Origin: Octopus bimaculoides
Lineage: Eukaryota
DNA length: 33,441 nt
Direction of reading: 5' to 3'
Assembly: GCF_001194135.2 (NCBI RefSeq)
Contig: NC_068993.1
Location: 9,983,543 to 10,016,983 of the forward strand
Shown here one piece after another: positions 1 to 12,796 of the stretch. A program made the translations under genes and the position numbers. The first letter of the stretch is position 1; each line of letters opens with the position of its first letter. The notes under the pieces are model-generated. The model had not been told where the DNA came from, did no database searches, and saw only the letters and a list, made by a program, of their open reading frames with translations.

Positions 1-204
1 GAGCTGGCAGAAACGTTAGCACACCGGGCGAAATGCTTAGCGGTATTTCGTCTGTCTTTACGTTCTGAGTTCAAATTCCGTCGAGGTCGACTTTGCCTTT
101 CATCCTTTCGGGGTCGATATATTAAGTACCAGTTATGCACTTGGGTCGATGTAATCAATTGGCCTCCTCCCCCAAAATTTCGGGCCTTGTGCCTAGAGTA
201 GAAA
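1..204 (+). mobile_element. tRNA-derived SINE, family A, tail type 1; clipped by the window start
   Basis: Pol III A-box-like GAGCTGGCAGAA and B-box-like GAGTTCAAATTCC. Near-identical body recurs at 33089-33441 and on the minus strand at 15300-15457. Confidence 0.85.
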
Positions 205-767
205 CATTTATTGTTTAGTCTTAGTTTCGTAACTTGTCGGAAATGGGTGACTTTCGGTTTGTGTCTGTGATCGAGGTTGTTTTTGTTTCCCGACAGGCTG
301 GTGGGATCTTTTGTATCCATCTATATCTCGGAAAACCCGCTGTCATCCCTGAATGTTTCTTTTTTATATATTTTTGGTTATTTTATGATACTGTGAACGT
401 GACTTTGTGCCAGTGTGACCGATTTTTTGCTGCTTCTATAATGATGAGCCGACAAAGTTTTTGTAAGATAATTAAAATATATTTAGCTGTTTCCTTATGT
501 TAACCTGAGATATATACTTATAACGATGTGTAGATAATTGTATATCCATGGGTGAAAGAGTTTCAGTATATTCAACAGTTTTCCTCATCTCGTATTTTTC
601 GCCCATGTGTATCAGTCATGATAAGCATGTTGTATGTATTTATTTTGTAGTCAAACTTTGTTACAAGAAAGTTCTATATCAGGAAGTCAAATATCAGTAA
701 ACCCTGTTCAAATAATTTTGTATTTAAGTTTATCTTATTTTTGTATTTTCTTTTATTTTGCAGTCTA

Positions 768-800
768 CCGTACACTTGCCGTACACTTGCCGTACACCTG
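768..800. repeat. 11-bp minisatellite x3 (CCGTACACTTG)
   Basis: ccgtacacttg ccgtacacttg ccgtacacctg read directly. Confidence 0.9.
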
Positions 801-939
801 TATGTACACGCGATAGAGGTGCACATTGTAACGTATGAGTAGAAAATAAATGGTCCCAAAGTTTAAAACCATTGTTCGACTTTGTTATCACAGTGGTGAT
901 TGTGACCCCCGCTCGCCTAGATATTTACACGAAGCAGCA

Positions 940-1490
940 ACAGTAACTCATCCAAAGTTAAAAGTAGGGCTTCTGAGCTCGCAGTAATTCTTCGGCCACC
1001 ACTTCTGATTCCTTCTGGATGCATGGCCAGGAGTTGCATCCTGCTGCCACGCAGATGGCCTTCCAGCAGCAACCATCTCCAGCTAGGGTTTGATCACTGC
1101 CTCTAGCAGTTCTACACAGTCATCTGAATTGAGCCAAAGGCCCTGTTCAAGTATGTTGGAAGGATTCCGGCGTCTCTCTTCCTACTGACCACGGCTTCGT
1201 AGCCTCTGTTGCAGCTGTCCACGTCACGTCTTACAGCCTTTTCAATGTTCACAGAGCAGTCTGATGCCGGCATTTCGATACTCGGCATGAATCATCATGA
1301 TTCAAGTAATACTTTTCCAATATTCAAATGGCTTCCAGTCCTCCACGTTAGCTACCTTTTTCTCAACTTTTTAGCTAACTTTTTCTTAATATTCTCCAAG
1401 ATGGCTGACGGTTCACAAATACATGAAACTCTTCATGAGAAAAGCAGACTTAAAGGAGACATAATCGTCAAATTTAGGCCGAACATCCTA
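940..1490 (-). mobile_element. Decayed, internally deleted Tc1/mariner transposon (maT/DD37D-like)
   Basis: Minus strand from GTG at 1346 gives EDWKPFEYWKSIT*IMMIHAE..SVNIEKAVRRDVDSCNRGYEAVVSRKR (N-terminal region). This joins directly to NILEQGLWLNSDDCVELLEAVIKP*LEMVAAGRPSAWQQDATPGHASRRNQKW (QQDSAPxH-type catalytic region). One TIR-like end, TA-TAGGATGTTCGGCCTAAATT, at about 1471-1492. Stops and frameshifts present. Confidence 0.75.
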
Positions 1491-1502
1491 TATACACTCA
1501 CA

Positions 1503-1558
1503 AACACACACACACACACACATAAATACAATCAGCTAGCTAGCTAGCTAGCTAGCTG

Positions 1559-1609
<51 letters not shown>

Positions 1610-1610
1610 T
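1503..1610. repeat. Compound microsatellite (CA)n-(TAGC)n-(GATA)n
   Basis: Read directly. Confidence 0.95.
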
Positions 1611-2070
1611 TAGGCGCGCGTACACACAAAAAGACGGTAGCGTGTGATTTGAGGAAGATTTGGAACTGCTATTATCTCGCGTGTCAAGCCACCACATCGA
1701 GATTTCCTTATTTCCATGTCTGATAAGTAAAACACTGTGTATGATGATGGGGAAGAAGAGACGTGTAGGACGCGTGAGCTTCGGTGAAGTTGATATGCAG
1801 CGAGCAAGTTCAGAGAAAGACAGGCGCCATTGCAGTAAGGTAGACGTGACAGAGAGAAGAGACAATGAATGTGGCGTTTAATGATAATGATTACAATAAC
1901 TGTGAAGTGAGCAATTATCTGGACAAGGTCTGCAAACAACAATGTTTTGATGTTTTGTAGGTGGTAATTTTTAGTCCACCTTTCCTGTTCTGCGGTCATT
2001 TCAGTGATGATAAAAACAATCTCAATGAGACACTGTAAACTATGTATCTCGGCTCTGAATTTCGTCATAA
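1611..2070 (-). pseudogene. Possible very decayed non-LTR reverse transcriptase fragment (RTE-like)
   Basis: Open minus frame contains NIKTLLFADLVQIIAH, resembling the RTE LLFADDxALxAH catalytic motif, followed by LSRLPYCNGACLSLN. Similarity elsewhere is weak. Confidence 0.3.
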
Positions 2071-2120
2071 ATACATACATACATACATACATACATACAT
2101 ACATACATACATACATACAC

Positions 2121-2375
2121 AATGAAAAGCCCAGGAAAAAAGAGAACATTTATGGCGCATTAATGCGGAACTTACAGTTTTTGTACGTACACAATGAATT
2201 CTTATTTGTACCTATAATCGCAGATGCATTAGGCTATATACCAAGAAATTTGCACAAGAACCTAGAAATTCTCGGTTTCACGGAAAAAGAACAAAAGAAA
2301 CTGACGTGCATTCTTCAAATCCAATATATGTGTGGCACATTGCAAAAATTCTTCATCTGAGATTCATATGCGAAT
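2121..2375 (+). mobile_element. 3' end of an RLE-clade non-LTR retrotransposon (restriction-like endonuclease C-terminus)
   Basis: KENIYGALMRNLQFLYVHNEFLFVPIIADALGYIPRNLHKNLEILGF matches the KY..L....VPIxxGALG tail of R4/NeSL-type ORFs. The 5' edge abuts a (TACA)n array. Confidence 0.7.
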
Positions 2376-2499
2376 AGGTGCACACACTTGGGTGATTGCA
2401 TCGACAGTTCAACCAACACACCAACTCAACTACATATTTAAGAAACACCGCGAACTTTCTTAACTGGAAAAGTCTTGTCACTTTGTTAGCGTCCGGCTT

Positions 2500-2826
2500 A
2501 TATATATACGTGTATGTATGTATGTGTGTATGTATGTATGTGTGTATGTATGTATGTATGTATGTATGTGTATGTATGTGTGAATGTATGTATGTACGTA
2601 TGTATGTATGTATGTATGTATGATGTGTGTATTATGTATGTATGTGTATATATGTATGTATGTGTGTATGTGTACGTGTGTGTGCATGTATGCATGCATG
2701 TATGTATGTATGAATGTATGTATGTGTGTATTATGTCTGTGTGTGTATGTTTGTATGTGCGTGTGTGTATGTATGTATGTATGTATGTATGTATGTGCGT
2801 GTGTGTATGTGTGTGTGTGTGTGTAT
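2500..2826. repeat. Compound (TATG)n/(TG)n microsatellite
   Basis: Read directly; source of the YVCM/HTYI pseudo-ORFs. Confidence 0.95.
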
Positions 2827-3249
2827 TCTAAAATTTCCAGTTGGTGTCCAGCGTGCTGGAAAACCACTGGGAGTGAGACACTCGTTAGCTTTTGCTAAAT
2901 CATGTCTTTTCAGAGAAGGTCAGTCTGATATAAAACTTGATATGCAGGGAATGGCATTGAAAACCTTGGAGACATTTTCCTTGCGTTTGAGATCATGGCG
3001 CTTCGCCGTTCTTGAACCTGCGACCCATATTGGCCTGACTTGTTTCTGGATCATGTCAGTATGGTGGAGAGAGTCTATAAAGTGTTGTACAAGCTTTATT
3101 GGGCCCACAAGTTTAGGTAGTGCAATTACCAGTGAGACGGCTATCTGATACTCGGTCGAGTACGGGGGCGCTGTGGAAAGCATGGAAATCACGGACGCGA
3201 ACGTAGGTGAAACCGATTGCTGATGCACGGCATTACCAGCAGTTTGCAT
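2827..3249 (-). other. Coding-like segment of unknown origin with one in-frame stop, probably TE-derived
   Basis: 109-aa minus ORF that continues past TGA at 2920 as PSLKRHDLAKANECLTPSGFPARWTPTGNFRI. No family recognised. Confidence 0.3.
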
Positions 3250-3297
3250 GGGCAGTGGTCAGTGATGGTCTTCCTCTGTCACGAGTAGACAGCCATC

Positions 3298-3688
3298 AAC
3301 CTTAACCAGTTGAGCATATCCCTTAGTGGCTGACAATATGTACATCTCTAATCATGAGCAGAAATAGTGGGGGAGCATCATAGCCATGTGTTGAGAGGAA
3401 TTCTTTGGAGCTTGAATAATTCACCTCTGGAAACATGGTTGTTTCATTCAACATCCTTATTCAGGGACCTTTTGAGCGGGGTGGGCTATTCGTTCAGAAA
3501 AAATTTTAACTGGGCCTCACCTACAAGGTTATGTGTTATCTTGATATGAAATCACCATGTCGTGTACCTATGGGTGTGATGCATGTGCCTAACGTACCAT
3601 TGCCAGACGGTTAGTCACAATGGGTATATTGGGCTTCGTATATTTGTACCCCAGTGTCACTTTGATGGCATGCGCTGCTCTCTCACTC

Positions 3689-3737
<49 letters not shown>
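3298..3737 (+). mobile_element. 5'-truncated retroposon 3' end with (AAT)n tail, family D
   Basis: Ends in CCCAGTGTCACTTTGATGGCATGCGCTGCTCTCTCACTC-(AAT)n. The same terminus occurs at 20609 and 22108. Confidence 0.75.
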
Positions 3738-3741
<4 letters not shown>

Positions 3742-4092
3742 TATACGAAAATGAAGTAAATATCGAAAAAAATTCCAGTACTAAACTCACCAATAAGAAG
3801 GGTCACAAACAAAACAGCAAATAGCTTCATTCTGGACTGCTATTCAACAAAAAAAAGGGGCGATGAGAAAAAAGTAAATAGATTGATTAAAGATATATTA
3901 ATGAATAAACAAAAATAGCTTTGAGTTCATAATTGTCACGTGATCTATGCAAGCGCTAACCGCCCCCCCCCCACCTCCATAATCAATTATCTAAAGCTAA
4001 ATCTTCTTATATGCGATTACAATTGCATAATTCGAAGTATTTATGTTTACCAAGTTTTAAATTTGTTCATCGCTATCTGAATCACAGCCACC

Positions 4093-4190
4093 ACCATCAT
4101 TATCGTTGGCGTCGTCATCGTCATCGTCATCGTCATCATCATCATCTTCTTCATCATCAACGACATCATCATCATCATTAGCATCATCAC
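4093..4190. repeat. Degenerate (CAT/CGT)n trinucleotide tract
   Basis: Read directly. Confidence 0.9.
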
Positions 4191-4404
4191 TTCCTATTGT
4201 TCCTCCCCTACTCAGAAAGAAAAAGGAAAGAAAAAACAGCCCTCCCCCCACCTAAGTATATATAATTGTTGGTGATATTAGAGCAGTTAGGAGATTAAAA
4301 AGATGAAATGACTTGGGTGGATGTGATTATCGACTTAGCTAAACTGGGATTAAGTATTATTGATGTTGCTACTACAGCTATTGTTGTTGTAATTCTTTAG
4401 ATGA

Positions 4405-4821
4405 GTGTGAATATGCATGTAGTATACGTGAGTGTGTGTGTGTGTAGTGTGTAGTATACGTGTGTGCGTGTAATGTGCAGTGTGTGTGTGTAGTGTGCAG
4501 TATACATGTGTGTGTGTGTAGTGTGTAGTATACGTGTGTGTGTGTGTAATGTGCAGTGTGTGTGTGTAGTGTGTAGTATACATGTGTGTCGTGTGTAGTG
4601 TGTGTGTGTGTGTGTAGTATACGTGTGTGTCTGTATAGTGTGTGTCTGTGTAGTGTGTGTGTGTGTGTGTAATGTGTAGTATACGTGTGTGTGTAGTGTG
4701 TAGTATATGTGTGTTGTGTGTGTGTGTGTGTATAGTGTGTGTGTAGCGTGTGTGTGTAGTGTGTGTGTAGTCTGTAGTATACGTGTGTGTAGACTGTGTG
4801 TATGTGTGTATTGAGTAATAT

Positions 4822-4856
<35 letters not shown>

Positions 4857-4890
4857 CGTGCACAAGTGTGTGTATTTGTGCGTGCGTGCA
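4405..4890. repeat. Compound (TG)n satellite punctuated by TAG and TAGTATACG units
   Basis: GTGTAGTATACGTGTG recurs many times within TG runs. Confidence 0.9.
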
Positions 4891-4892
4891 CC

Positions 4893-5074
4893 CGTAACAA
4901 CGGATGTTGGTTTGTTTACGTCCTCGTAACATAGTGGTTCGGCGAAAAAGAGGCTGGTAGAATAATATGTTCTGGTGGGGGTCGATTTGTGGAACCAAAA
5001 CCTTCGAGGCGCTGCCGCAGCATTGCCACAGCATGGCCGCAACCTAATGACTGAAATAAGTAAACGACAAAAGA

Positions 5075-5075
<1 letters not shown>
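4893..5075 (+). mobile_element. SINE family B, 3' half (decayed)
   Basis: acaacggatgttggtttgtttacgtc...cagcatggccgcaacctaatgactgaaataagtaaa aligns to the copy at 26636-26800. Confidence 0.8.
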
Positions 5076-5126
<51 letters not shown>

Positions 5127-6264
5127 CCCCCACTTCTCTCTTTGTACATATATACCCGAGTGACCGTGTAGACTTTCTCCCGTCCTCCCCCTCTCTGACT
5201 TCATTCCACCACCTCTATCTTACCCCATCCGTCCTTCCCTTTCCCTACCTCTCCCTCCTCTCACCCCTTCTCTGTTAGTGATCTGTTGGTTATGGTTGTC
5301 GGTCTGTGATCAGAGGCATGGCGACTAAATTGTTATATAATGTAACTAGATCTTAAATGGAGACAACGGAGTGGCATTTGAGGATTTGGCTGCTGTTTCA
5401 AGCTTGCTTAAGCGACCACTCGTTTACTGGCTCGCAATATTTGAATTTAGTTGTTGCCTTGATGAGAATATTCTACACATATTCTTTTGAATGAAACCTC
5501 TGAATTCTTTATTCAACGTGAGAAATATTTTAGATCTTATCTCAGAGCAATCCTTTCTATTGATGCCAGCAAGTCTCTTAGTACAGCTTACTATGCTGCG
5601 CAGAGTAGACATTAAAAGAATTGATATGCTTCTTGCAAGAAGTTGCATTTATACGACTGACGATAGCAAATGAACGCGCTTCGTTAATCCTCTCAAATAT
5701 ATATTTTGTTTAACTTCAGTCTTTAGTAGTTTCGAAACTAAATCGTAAATTATATAATCATACAGCTAAATCCCACCACTAGCCTTGTGTCAAATTTTGA
5801 AATCATTGTTTATTAATAGATATATAAATGGGCCGACAGAAGCAGTACTATGCCAAAGGATAAAATATTCACCATTGCGATATTTACCAAGAGAGAAAAT
5901 CTTTCATATGAATTTTTTTTTTAGTGCATAAACGCACATCATAGTTATCGTCAGCGGCAGACAATCACTACTACTTCCACTTCCAGGACAACCAGATCAC
6001 GTGATTTTGTCATTTCTTAGCCTGGTCATTGGTAGACACCTGACCGCTGGAAACAGCAATAACTGCTGCGCTAGCGATATACGTAGAAATACAGAGCCCA
6101 AACAGGCAAAGGTGCTCTAAAAGCCAGTGAGTTTATTATAAAAATAGAGTGACGGAAGCAGTATTGATACAGGAACGTAGAATAATCATCATTTAAAAGT
6201 GGATATTTGCATTAGATCGCACAAATATTTTAATACAATTTATTGTGATATTGTTATCAGATTT

Positions 6265-6530
6265 GTAAGGGTGGTGCAATTGGTAACACAATGAGCAGTT
6301 ATTAATTTCGTTCATTAATGACCCAGTCAGCGTCGACGTGGCATTTTATCCCACCGTCAGTCGGCAGAAAATATTTATTATAAAAATTATTATCAGGTCT
6401 GTAAAGATGGTGCAAACGGTGCGTTGAGTAAGTAATTGATTTCGTTCGTTAATGACCGAGTTCAAATCCTGCCAGTCCGCGTCGATATCGCATTTTATCC
6501 CATATTAATCTGCAGAAAATATTTATAATC
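6265..6530 (+). mobile_element. Diverged tandem pair (about 135 bp each) of old SINE-A-like units
   Basis: Both units share gtaa..ggtgca...atttcgttc.ttaatgacc...gcgtcga..t.gcattttatccca...gcagaaaatatttat. The second has a B-box-like GAGTTCAAATCCT. Confidence 0.55.
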
Positions 6531-7034
6531 AGTTCAAGTTGCTTCAACATATGATCTGTGTGTGTGAAGGTACACATTATGTTATGTAATATAAATTCGT
6601 ACAGGGTCGAGGGTGTCGCCAACCAACAGGGTACACCAAAAAGAAACAAGTAACGCAATGGGCAGAAACGACAAGAGGATTTTTTGCTTAGTATATATGA
6701 TAAAGTGATAACTTTATGACATTTTATGGCAGAAGCTGATCATATGTGCGATGTCTTTATAAGATATGATGTAATCTGAATTTTCGGCTTGTGGTGGTAA
6801 TAGTGATGATGGTGGTGGTGGATGTTAAAGATATAGTTGTACACGTAATTTGTTCAGCGAATATTTTGTGGTTATCTCCTGACCTACGACAGCAAAAACA
6901 TAACCTTCAAAATGTGACTTGATATAACAGTCTGAAACACCATGTCCTGTAGATACTGGCATACTTCACAGATCTGTGGGAAACATGCAGATGCATAACC
7001 TTTGGTTGGTATGTAGACTGTTTCCTAATATATG

Positions 7035-7206
7035 TCTTTTATCTTTTCCTTGTTTCAATCATTAAACCGCGGCCATGGTGGGGCACTGCCTTTAAGCGTT
7101 TAAACGAAAAAATCGACTCCAGTACTTACTTTTTTAAAGCTGGGTATTTATTCTATCGACCTCTTTTTGCTGAACTGCTAACAGACACAGATTGTCAAGT
7201 GGTGGT

Positions 7207-7256
<50 letters not shown>

Positions 7257-7430
7257 CACGTCTATATATACAGTGAGCCTCTTTCACTTTCCGTCCACCA
7301 AATCCATTTACAAGGCATTATTCGGCCCGTGGCTATAGTGGAATACATTTGCCCAAGCTGACACGTAGCTGGTCTGAACCCGGAACCATGTGGTTGGATA
7401 GCAAACTTCTTACCACACAACCACGACTGC
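7035..7430 (-). mobile_element. Near full-length SINE family B with internal (TG)n/(TA)n
   Basis: Minus strand: tRNA-like head GTGGTTGTGTGGTAAG...GGTTCAGACC, then TTGGGCAAATGT, internal microsatellite and 3' domain ...ATGGCCGCGG...GAAACAAGG. Confidence 0.85.
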
Positions 7431-7445
7431 ATATACATACATACA

Positions 7446-7480
<35 letters not shown>

Positions 7481-7483
7481 GCA

Positions 7484-7529
<46 letters not shown>

Positions 7530-8267
7530 NNNNNNNNNNNNNNNNNNNNNNNNNNNNNNNNNNNNNNNNNNNNNNNNNNNNNNNNNNNNNNNNNNNNNNN
7601 NNNNNNNNNNNNNNNNNNNNNNNNNNNNNNNNNNNNNNNNNNNNNNNNNNNNNNNNNNNNNNNNNNNNNNNNNNNNNNNNNNNNNNNNNNNNNNNNNNNN
7701 NNNNNNNNNNNNNNNNNNNNNNNNNNNNNNNNNNNNNNNNNNNNNNNNNNNNNNNNNNNNNNNNNNNNNNNNNNNNNNNNNNNNNNNNNNNNNNNNNNNN
7801 NNNNNNNNNNNNNNNNNNNNNNNNNNNNNNNNNNNNNNNNNNNNNNNNNNNNNNNNNNNNNNNNNNNNNNNNNNNNNNNNNNNNNNNNNNNNNNNNNNNN
7901 NNNNNNNNNNNNNNNNNNNNNNNNNNNNNNNNNNNNNNNNNNNNNNNNNNNNNNNNNNNNNNNNNNNNNNNNNNNNNNNNNNNNNNNNNNNNNNNNNNNN
8001 NNNNNNNNNNNNNNNNNNNNNNNNNNNNNNNNACATCAAACGTAAGGAAAATTAAATTACGTATATTGGAGAACAAACTTGACGAGAAATGCGAGGCTTT
8101 TGTGTTGTAAGCGCCGTTTTCGTTCATGAGCGAATCAATGAACTCATTAACACTTGTTAAAGTTCATTACCGCTCATTAAAAGCACGTGACAAAGAAAGT
8201 GATTTTACGTGGTCGATCAGCATACTAAAAGTAGTTACCAAATCACTCTGAAATCTCGTCTTGAAAA

Positions 8268-8311
<44 letters not shown>

Positions 8312-9151
8312 CAACAACTAGAAAAGCACGCGGAAAGAGCAGACCTCCACCAAACAGCTCATTTCCACCCATATACACGCATGCTGAAAATCGTCCAATT
8401 TCCCAGACCAACGCCGGCAAAAACATAAACTCCTTGGCGGGGGTAAAAAAAATAATAACACAGCCATGTGATTTTAAGAAGAAAAAAAACACCCTTTAAA
8501 AACAGGAATCATCTGAAGCAATTCACAACCACCAGCATCATCATCAGCAGCATTGTCATTGNNNNNNNNNNNNNNNNNNNNNNNNNNNNNNNNNNNNNNN
8601 NNNNNNNNNNNNNNNNNNNNNNNNNNNNNNNNNNNNNNNNNNNNNNNNNNNNNNNNNNNNNNNNNNNNNNNNNNNNNNNNNNNNNNNNNNNNNNNNNNNN
8701 NNNNNNNNNNNNNNNNNNNNNNNNNNNNNNNNNNNNNNNNNNNNNNNNNNNNNNNNNNNNNNNNNNNNNNNNNNNNNNNNNNNNNNNNNNNNNNNNNNNN
8801 NNNNNNNNNNNNNNNNNNNNNNNNNNNNNNNNNNNNNNNNNNNNNNNNNNNNNNNNNNNNNNNNNNNNNNNNNNNNNNNNNNNNNNNNNNNNNNNNNNNN
8901 NNNNNNNNNNNNNNNNNNNNNNNNNNNNNNNNNNNNNNNNNNNNNNNNNNNNNNNNNNNNNNNNNNNNNNNNNNNNNNNNNNNNNNNNNNNNNNNNNNNN
9001 NNNNNNNNNNNNNNNNNNNNNNNNNNNNNNNNNNNNNNNNNNNNNNNNNNNNNNNNNNNNNNNNNNNNNNNNNNNNNNNNNNNNNNNNNNNNNNNNNNNN
9101 NNNNNNNNNNNNNNNNNNNNNNNNNNNNNNNNNNNNNNNNNNNNNNNNNNN

Positions 9152-9240
<89 letters not shown>

Positions 9241-9375
9241 CAGGAAAAGAAGGAAACAAGCGTTAGTGGTGGAGTGTAGTCTTAGATATGACATAAACAG
9301 AGTGGATGATTATGAGTGGAATATCTTTAGTTATCGAACTACTCAATCAGAACTGCTGACTGGCATGGAGTTAAG

Positions 9376-9439
<64 letters not shown>

Positions 9440-9484
9440 GGTAACATAAACAACAGCAGCAGCAGTGGAAGTAGTAGTAGTAGT

Positions 9485-9542
<58 letters not shown>

Positions 9543-9608
9543 CACCATGCCAGTCCTGATAAAGAACAGACTGGTGACCAAAGTCGTTCCAATCATGATC
9601 ATCCGTGA

Positions 9609-9657
<49 letters not shown>

Positions 9658-9760
9658 TATACATATATACACATACATACACACACATACGCACACACAC
9701 ACACCCACACACACATATATATATGTGTGTGTGTGTGTGTGTATGTATGTGCATGTGTGA
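9152..9760. repeat. Microsatellite cluster: (AAT)n, (CTA)n, (AGT/AGC)n, (TA)n, (CA)n, (TG)n
   Basis: Read directly, with short unique spacers. Confidence 0.9.
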
Positions 9761-10212
9761 AAGACAGCGGAATGTGATCTGCGTGAGATTTCAACCTACT
9801 ATTTATAGTAGACTGAGTAACCATGGAAAAGATACTGCATTGTCAAGTGATGTTAATGAGTGCTAATGAGTTAATTGATTGGTTCATAAGCACACAAGCA
9901 ATGGCGTTTAGAAAGTAAAATTCGAACAATTACACCGACTAGGTTTCGTTTAATACCCGTTGTTTCATTTTTCTTACATGTTATTAGCTGTTTTTGAAAT
10001 ATAATAAACAATCTTATAATCACAAGCAATCAAGCCATAACCATCAGAGTGATCTACGTGTATAATGTCAAATGTGCCCTTCCTTGTTATTCCTCGTTAA
10101 CGGCTCAAATTAATATGTAATATTTGCGCCCGACAATCAAACTCGTGCGCCACCATAGTCACTATACTCTGAAAACTTAAAATACTATTTCACTTGCTCT
10201 GTGCTGCCTGCA

Positions 10213-10267
<55 letters not shown>

Positions 10268-10340
10268 TACACACGCATACATACATTTATATATATGTGT
10301 GGGTGTATGAATATATATATGTATGTATTACATATTATTT

Positions 10341-10406
<66 letters not shown>

Positions 10407-10758
10407 TTAGGGATAAAAATCAAAATTTTCAGGTAAAAACTCAATTAAATTCAATTTATCAAACATTGAAATTAAATTAAGTTTCACAGTATAAAATACA
10501 TAAATATATAGTTTTAGAGAAAAGAACCAGAGTTCATGAACTAATCCATGTAAATCCACACTCACATATAGAAAAATTAATAAGTAAAAGCACGATAAAT
10601 AAGTATAATATAATACAAAGCAAATATCATAAGATTAGTTCATGAACTTTGGTTCTTTTCTCTAAAACTATATATATATATATATACATGCATGTATACA
10701 TACATGCATTCAAACATACATACACACACACACACATATATTTATGCATACATATATA

Positions 10759-11233
10759 CGAGGTCAGATCAATAAGTATCCGGACTTGCCAAAGTAACGC
10801 GGCTAAAGCACGCAGAGTAAAGCCGCTTGGCAAAAATTGACGTTGAAATCTGCTGTGCATGCGCATTAAGTTTTAACGTCCTAGCTCACTTCCGTTGCTT
10901 ACAGCAGTGCTTGGAAGGAATTTGTGTAGCGTGTGATCATCGCATTGACCATGACAGAAAGTTGTCATGGCGATACCTGTTCAGAGGCCTGCGAAAAGTT
11001 GCAGAAAGTGTATGGAGAGGAGTGCATAAGCTGCACAGAAGTGTACGAGTGGTTCAGACATTTCCAAGATGGCCGAAAAAAATGTCGATAATGACAAACA
11101 TTCTGGAAGATCCGCAACCAGCAGAAATGAGAAAACACATGACAGATCTGCGAGCAGCTGTAAGGGAAAATCGTCGAATCACCATCCGTGAGTTATCAGA
11201 TGTGCAGATTATTTACGGTTCAGTTCAGTCCAT
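10759..11233 (+). mobile_element. Mariner (DD34D-type) transposon, left TIR plus 5' part of a decayed transposase
   Basis: TA + CGAGGTCAGATCAATAAGTATCCGGAC TIR. From ATG 10951: ...GDTCSEACEKLQKVYGEECISCTEVYEWFRHFQDGR/KNVDNDKHSGRSATSR/DLRAAVRENRRITIRELSDVQIIYGSVQSI (two HTH domains, frameshifted). Truncated at (TACA)n. Confidence 0.9.
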
Positions 11234-11390
11234 ACATACATACATACATACATATATATATATGTGTGCATATATGTGTGTGTATATATATATATATATA
11301 TNNNNNNNNNNNNNNNNNNNNNNNNNNNNNNNNNNNNNNNNNNNNNNNNNNNNNNNNNNNNNNNNNNNNNNNNNNNNNNNNNNNNNNNNN

Positions 11391-12079
11391 TTTCAAGCAC
11401 ATTTATTTTAATATGGGGTAGGACCACCTTTGCCAGTAATTACAGCTTGAATTCTACGAGGTATGGACTCGTACAAAGTTTGAATTGTTTCCAAAGGAAT
11501 TTTGGTCCATTCTTCAGCTAATACAGTCTCCAGTTCTTGTAGTGATGATGGTGGAGGATGTTGACTCCTTACTTGTTTTTCTAAAATGCACCATAAATGT
11601 ACGATAATATTGAGATCTGGGACTGTGGTGGCCAGATAAGATTTTCAACTTCACTAGAATGTTCCTCGTGCCATTCAATAAGATCTTTAGCTGTGTTGCT
11701 ATCTGAAAGTTTTGGTTTTCTTCCGCCGTTTGTTTCGACGGGACAGTTTTTCCTTCTTTCTCAAAGGATGTCATTAGTTTCGAGAGAGTACTTCTTGTAC
11801 ACCAAACATTTCGACTGTTTTCGTTACGCTAGCGCCTGCCATACGAGCACCAACAATTTGACCTCTTTGAAAGTCCGATAGTTCTGTCACTTTAATAAAT
11901 TTTAATTAGCTTTTTTTTATGATATCTGAAAAGAAACAGCAATTTTAGCAAAACATTAAACAATACTAATAATAAATAAATAAAAACATAAAAATAAACC
12001 AACTTTTGAAGGTTTTATAGATATTTCAAAATCATGATACTATGATGTTAGGTGTCTCCGTTATTTTGTTCAACCCCTA
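11391..12079 (-). mobile_element. Tc1 (DD34E-type) transposon, internally deleted
   Basis: TIR TA-TAGGGGTTGAACAAAATAACGGAGACACC at 12051-12081. From GTG 11890: TELSDFQRGQIVGARMAGASVTKT...MTSFEKEGKT..RKPKLSD, joined to TAKDLIEWHEEHSSEVENLIWPPQSPDLNII...LETIQTLYESIPRRIQAVITGKGGPTPY* (stop at 11408). Confidence 0.92.
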
Positions 12080-12796
12080 TAAATGCGTATGTGTGTGGGG
12101 GGTGGGGGGTGAAGAGATATTTGTTTGAAATCATAGAATAACTGCTTCAAGCAGTTGAAAATTGTACGAACATAAAAATTGATATATCAACATTGTAACA
12201 CGCCTACTATGCATGAATAATATATAAGCAAGTTTTCGAATTAAATCAGCAGTCATTAAGCTGTTAATTACTCGTTGTTAATTTTAGCATCGCGATCAAA
12301 GGAAACTGTAGCAACTATCCGGTTCTGAGATATATATATTTATGCTAATGTAAATATTCTCTTAGCGTTAAGTTTTGTTTGTTTGTCGTTCTCATTTCGT
12401 GTGCTTGATGACATCATTATGTAATTCAAACCCGGTATCTCGTCCTCGGTTATAGATATGTGCTTCCCATGCATCCCACAGTAACAGAGTTAAATCAGAA
12501 CAAGATGAGTTTCTGCTCTGGCCTGCTTTCAAGTCTTGATTGTTGGTGATTGGACGATTGTATAGTAACGAAGTGACAAATATATTCGTATATAGCATGT
12601 GTATATACAGAATATGCGCAACTTGTGGAAAGAACAAATAAATAATACTGAGTATGATGTTTTCTTGTCTTCATGCTTTCAGCCAATTTTTAACATCCAA
12701 TCATCAGAGTATCTTTTTGTATGTGTATGCATGTGTGTGTTTGCATGTATTTGCACCTGTATATGTCTCTGTGTGTTTGTGTGTTTGTGTGCATGT

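Noticed and set aside
4057-4251. Acidic Asp-rich minus ORF
   Set aside because: Product of a degenerate (CAT)n tract.
5424-5648. Minus ORF with LNKEFR, reminiscent of GPCR helix 8
   Set aside because: No NPxxY or hydrophobic TM7 upstream, and no supporting splice sites.
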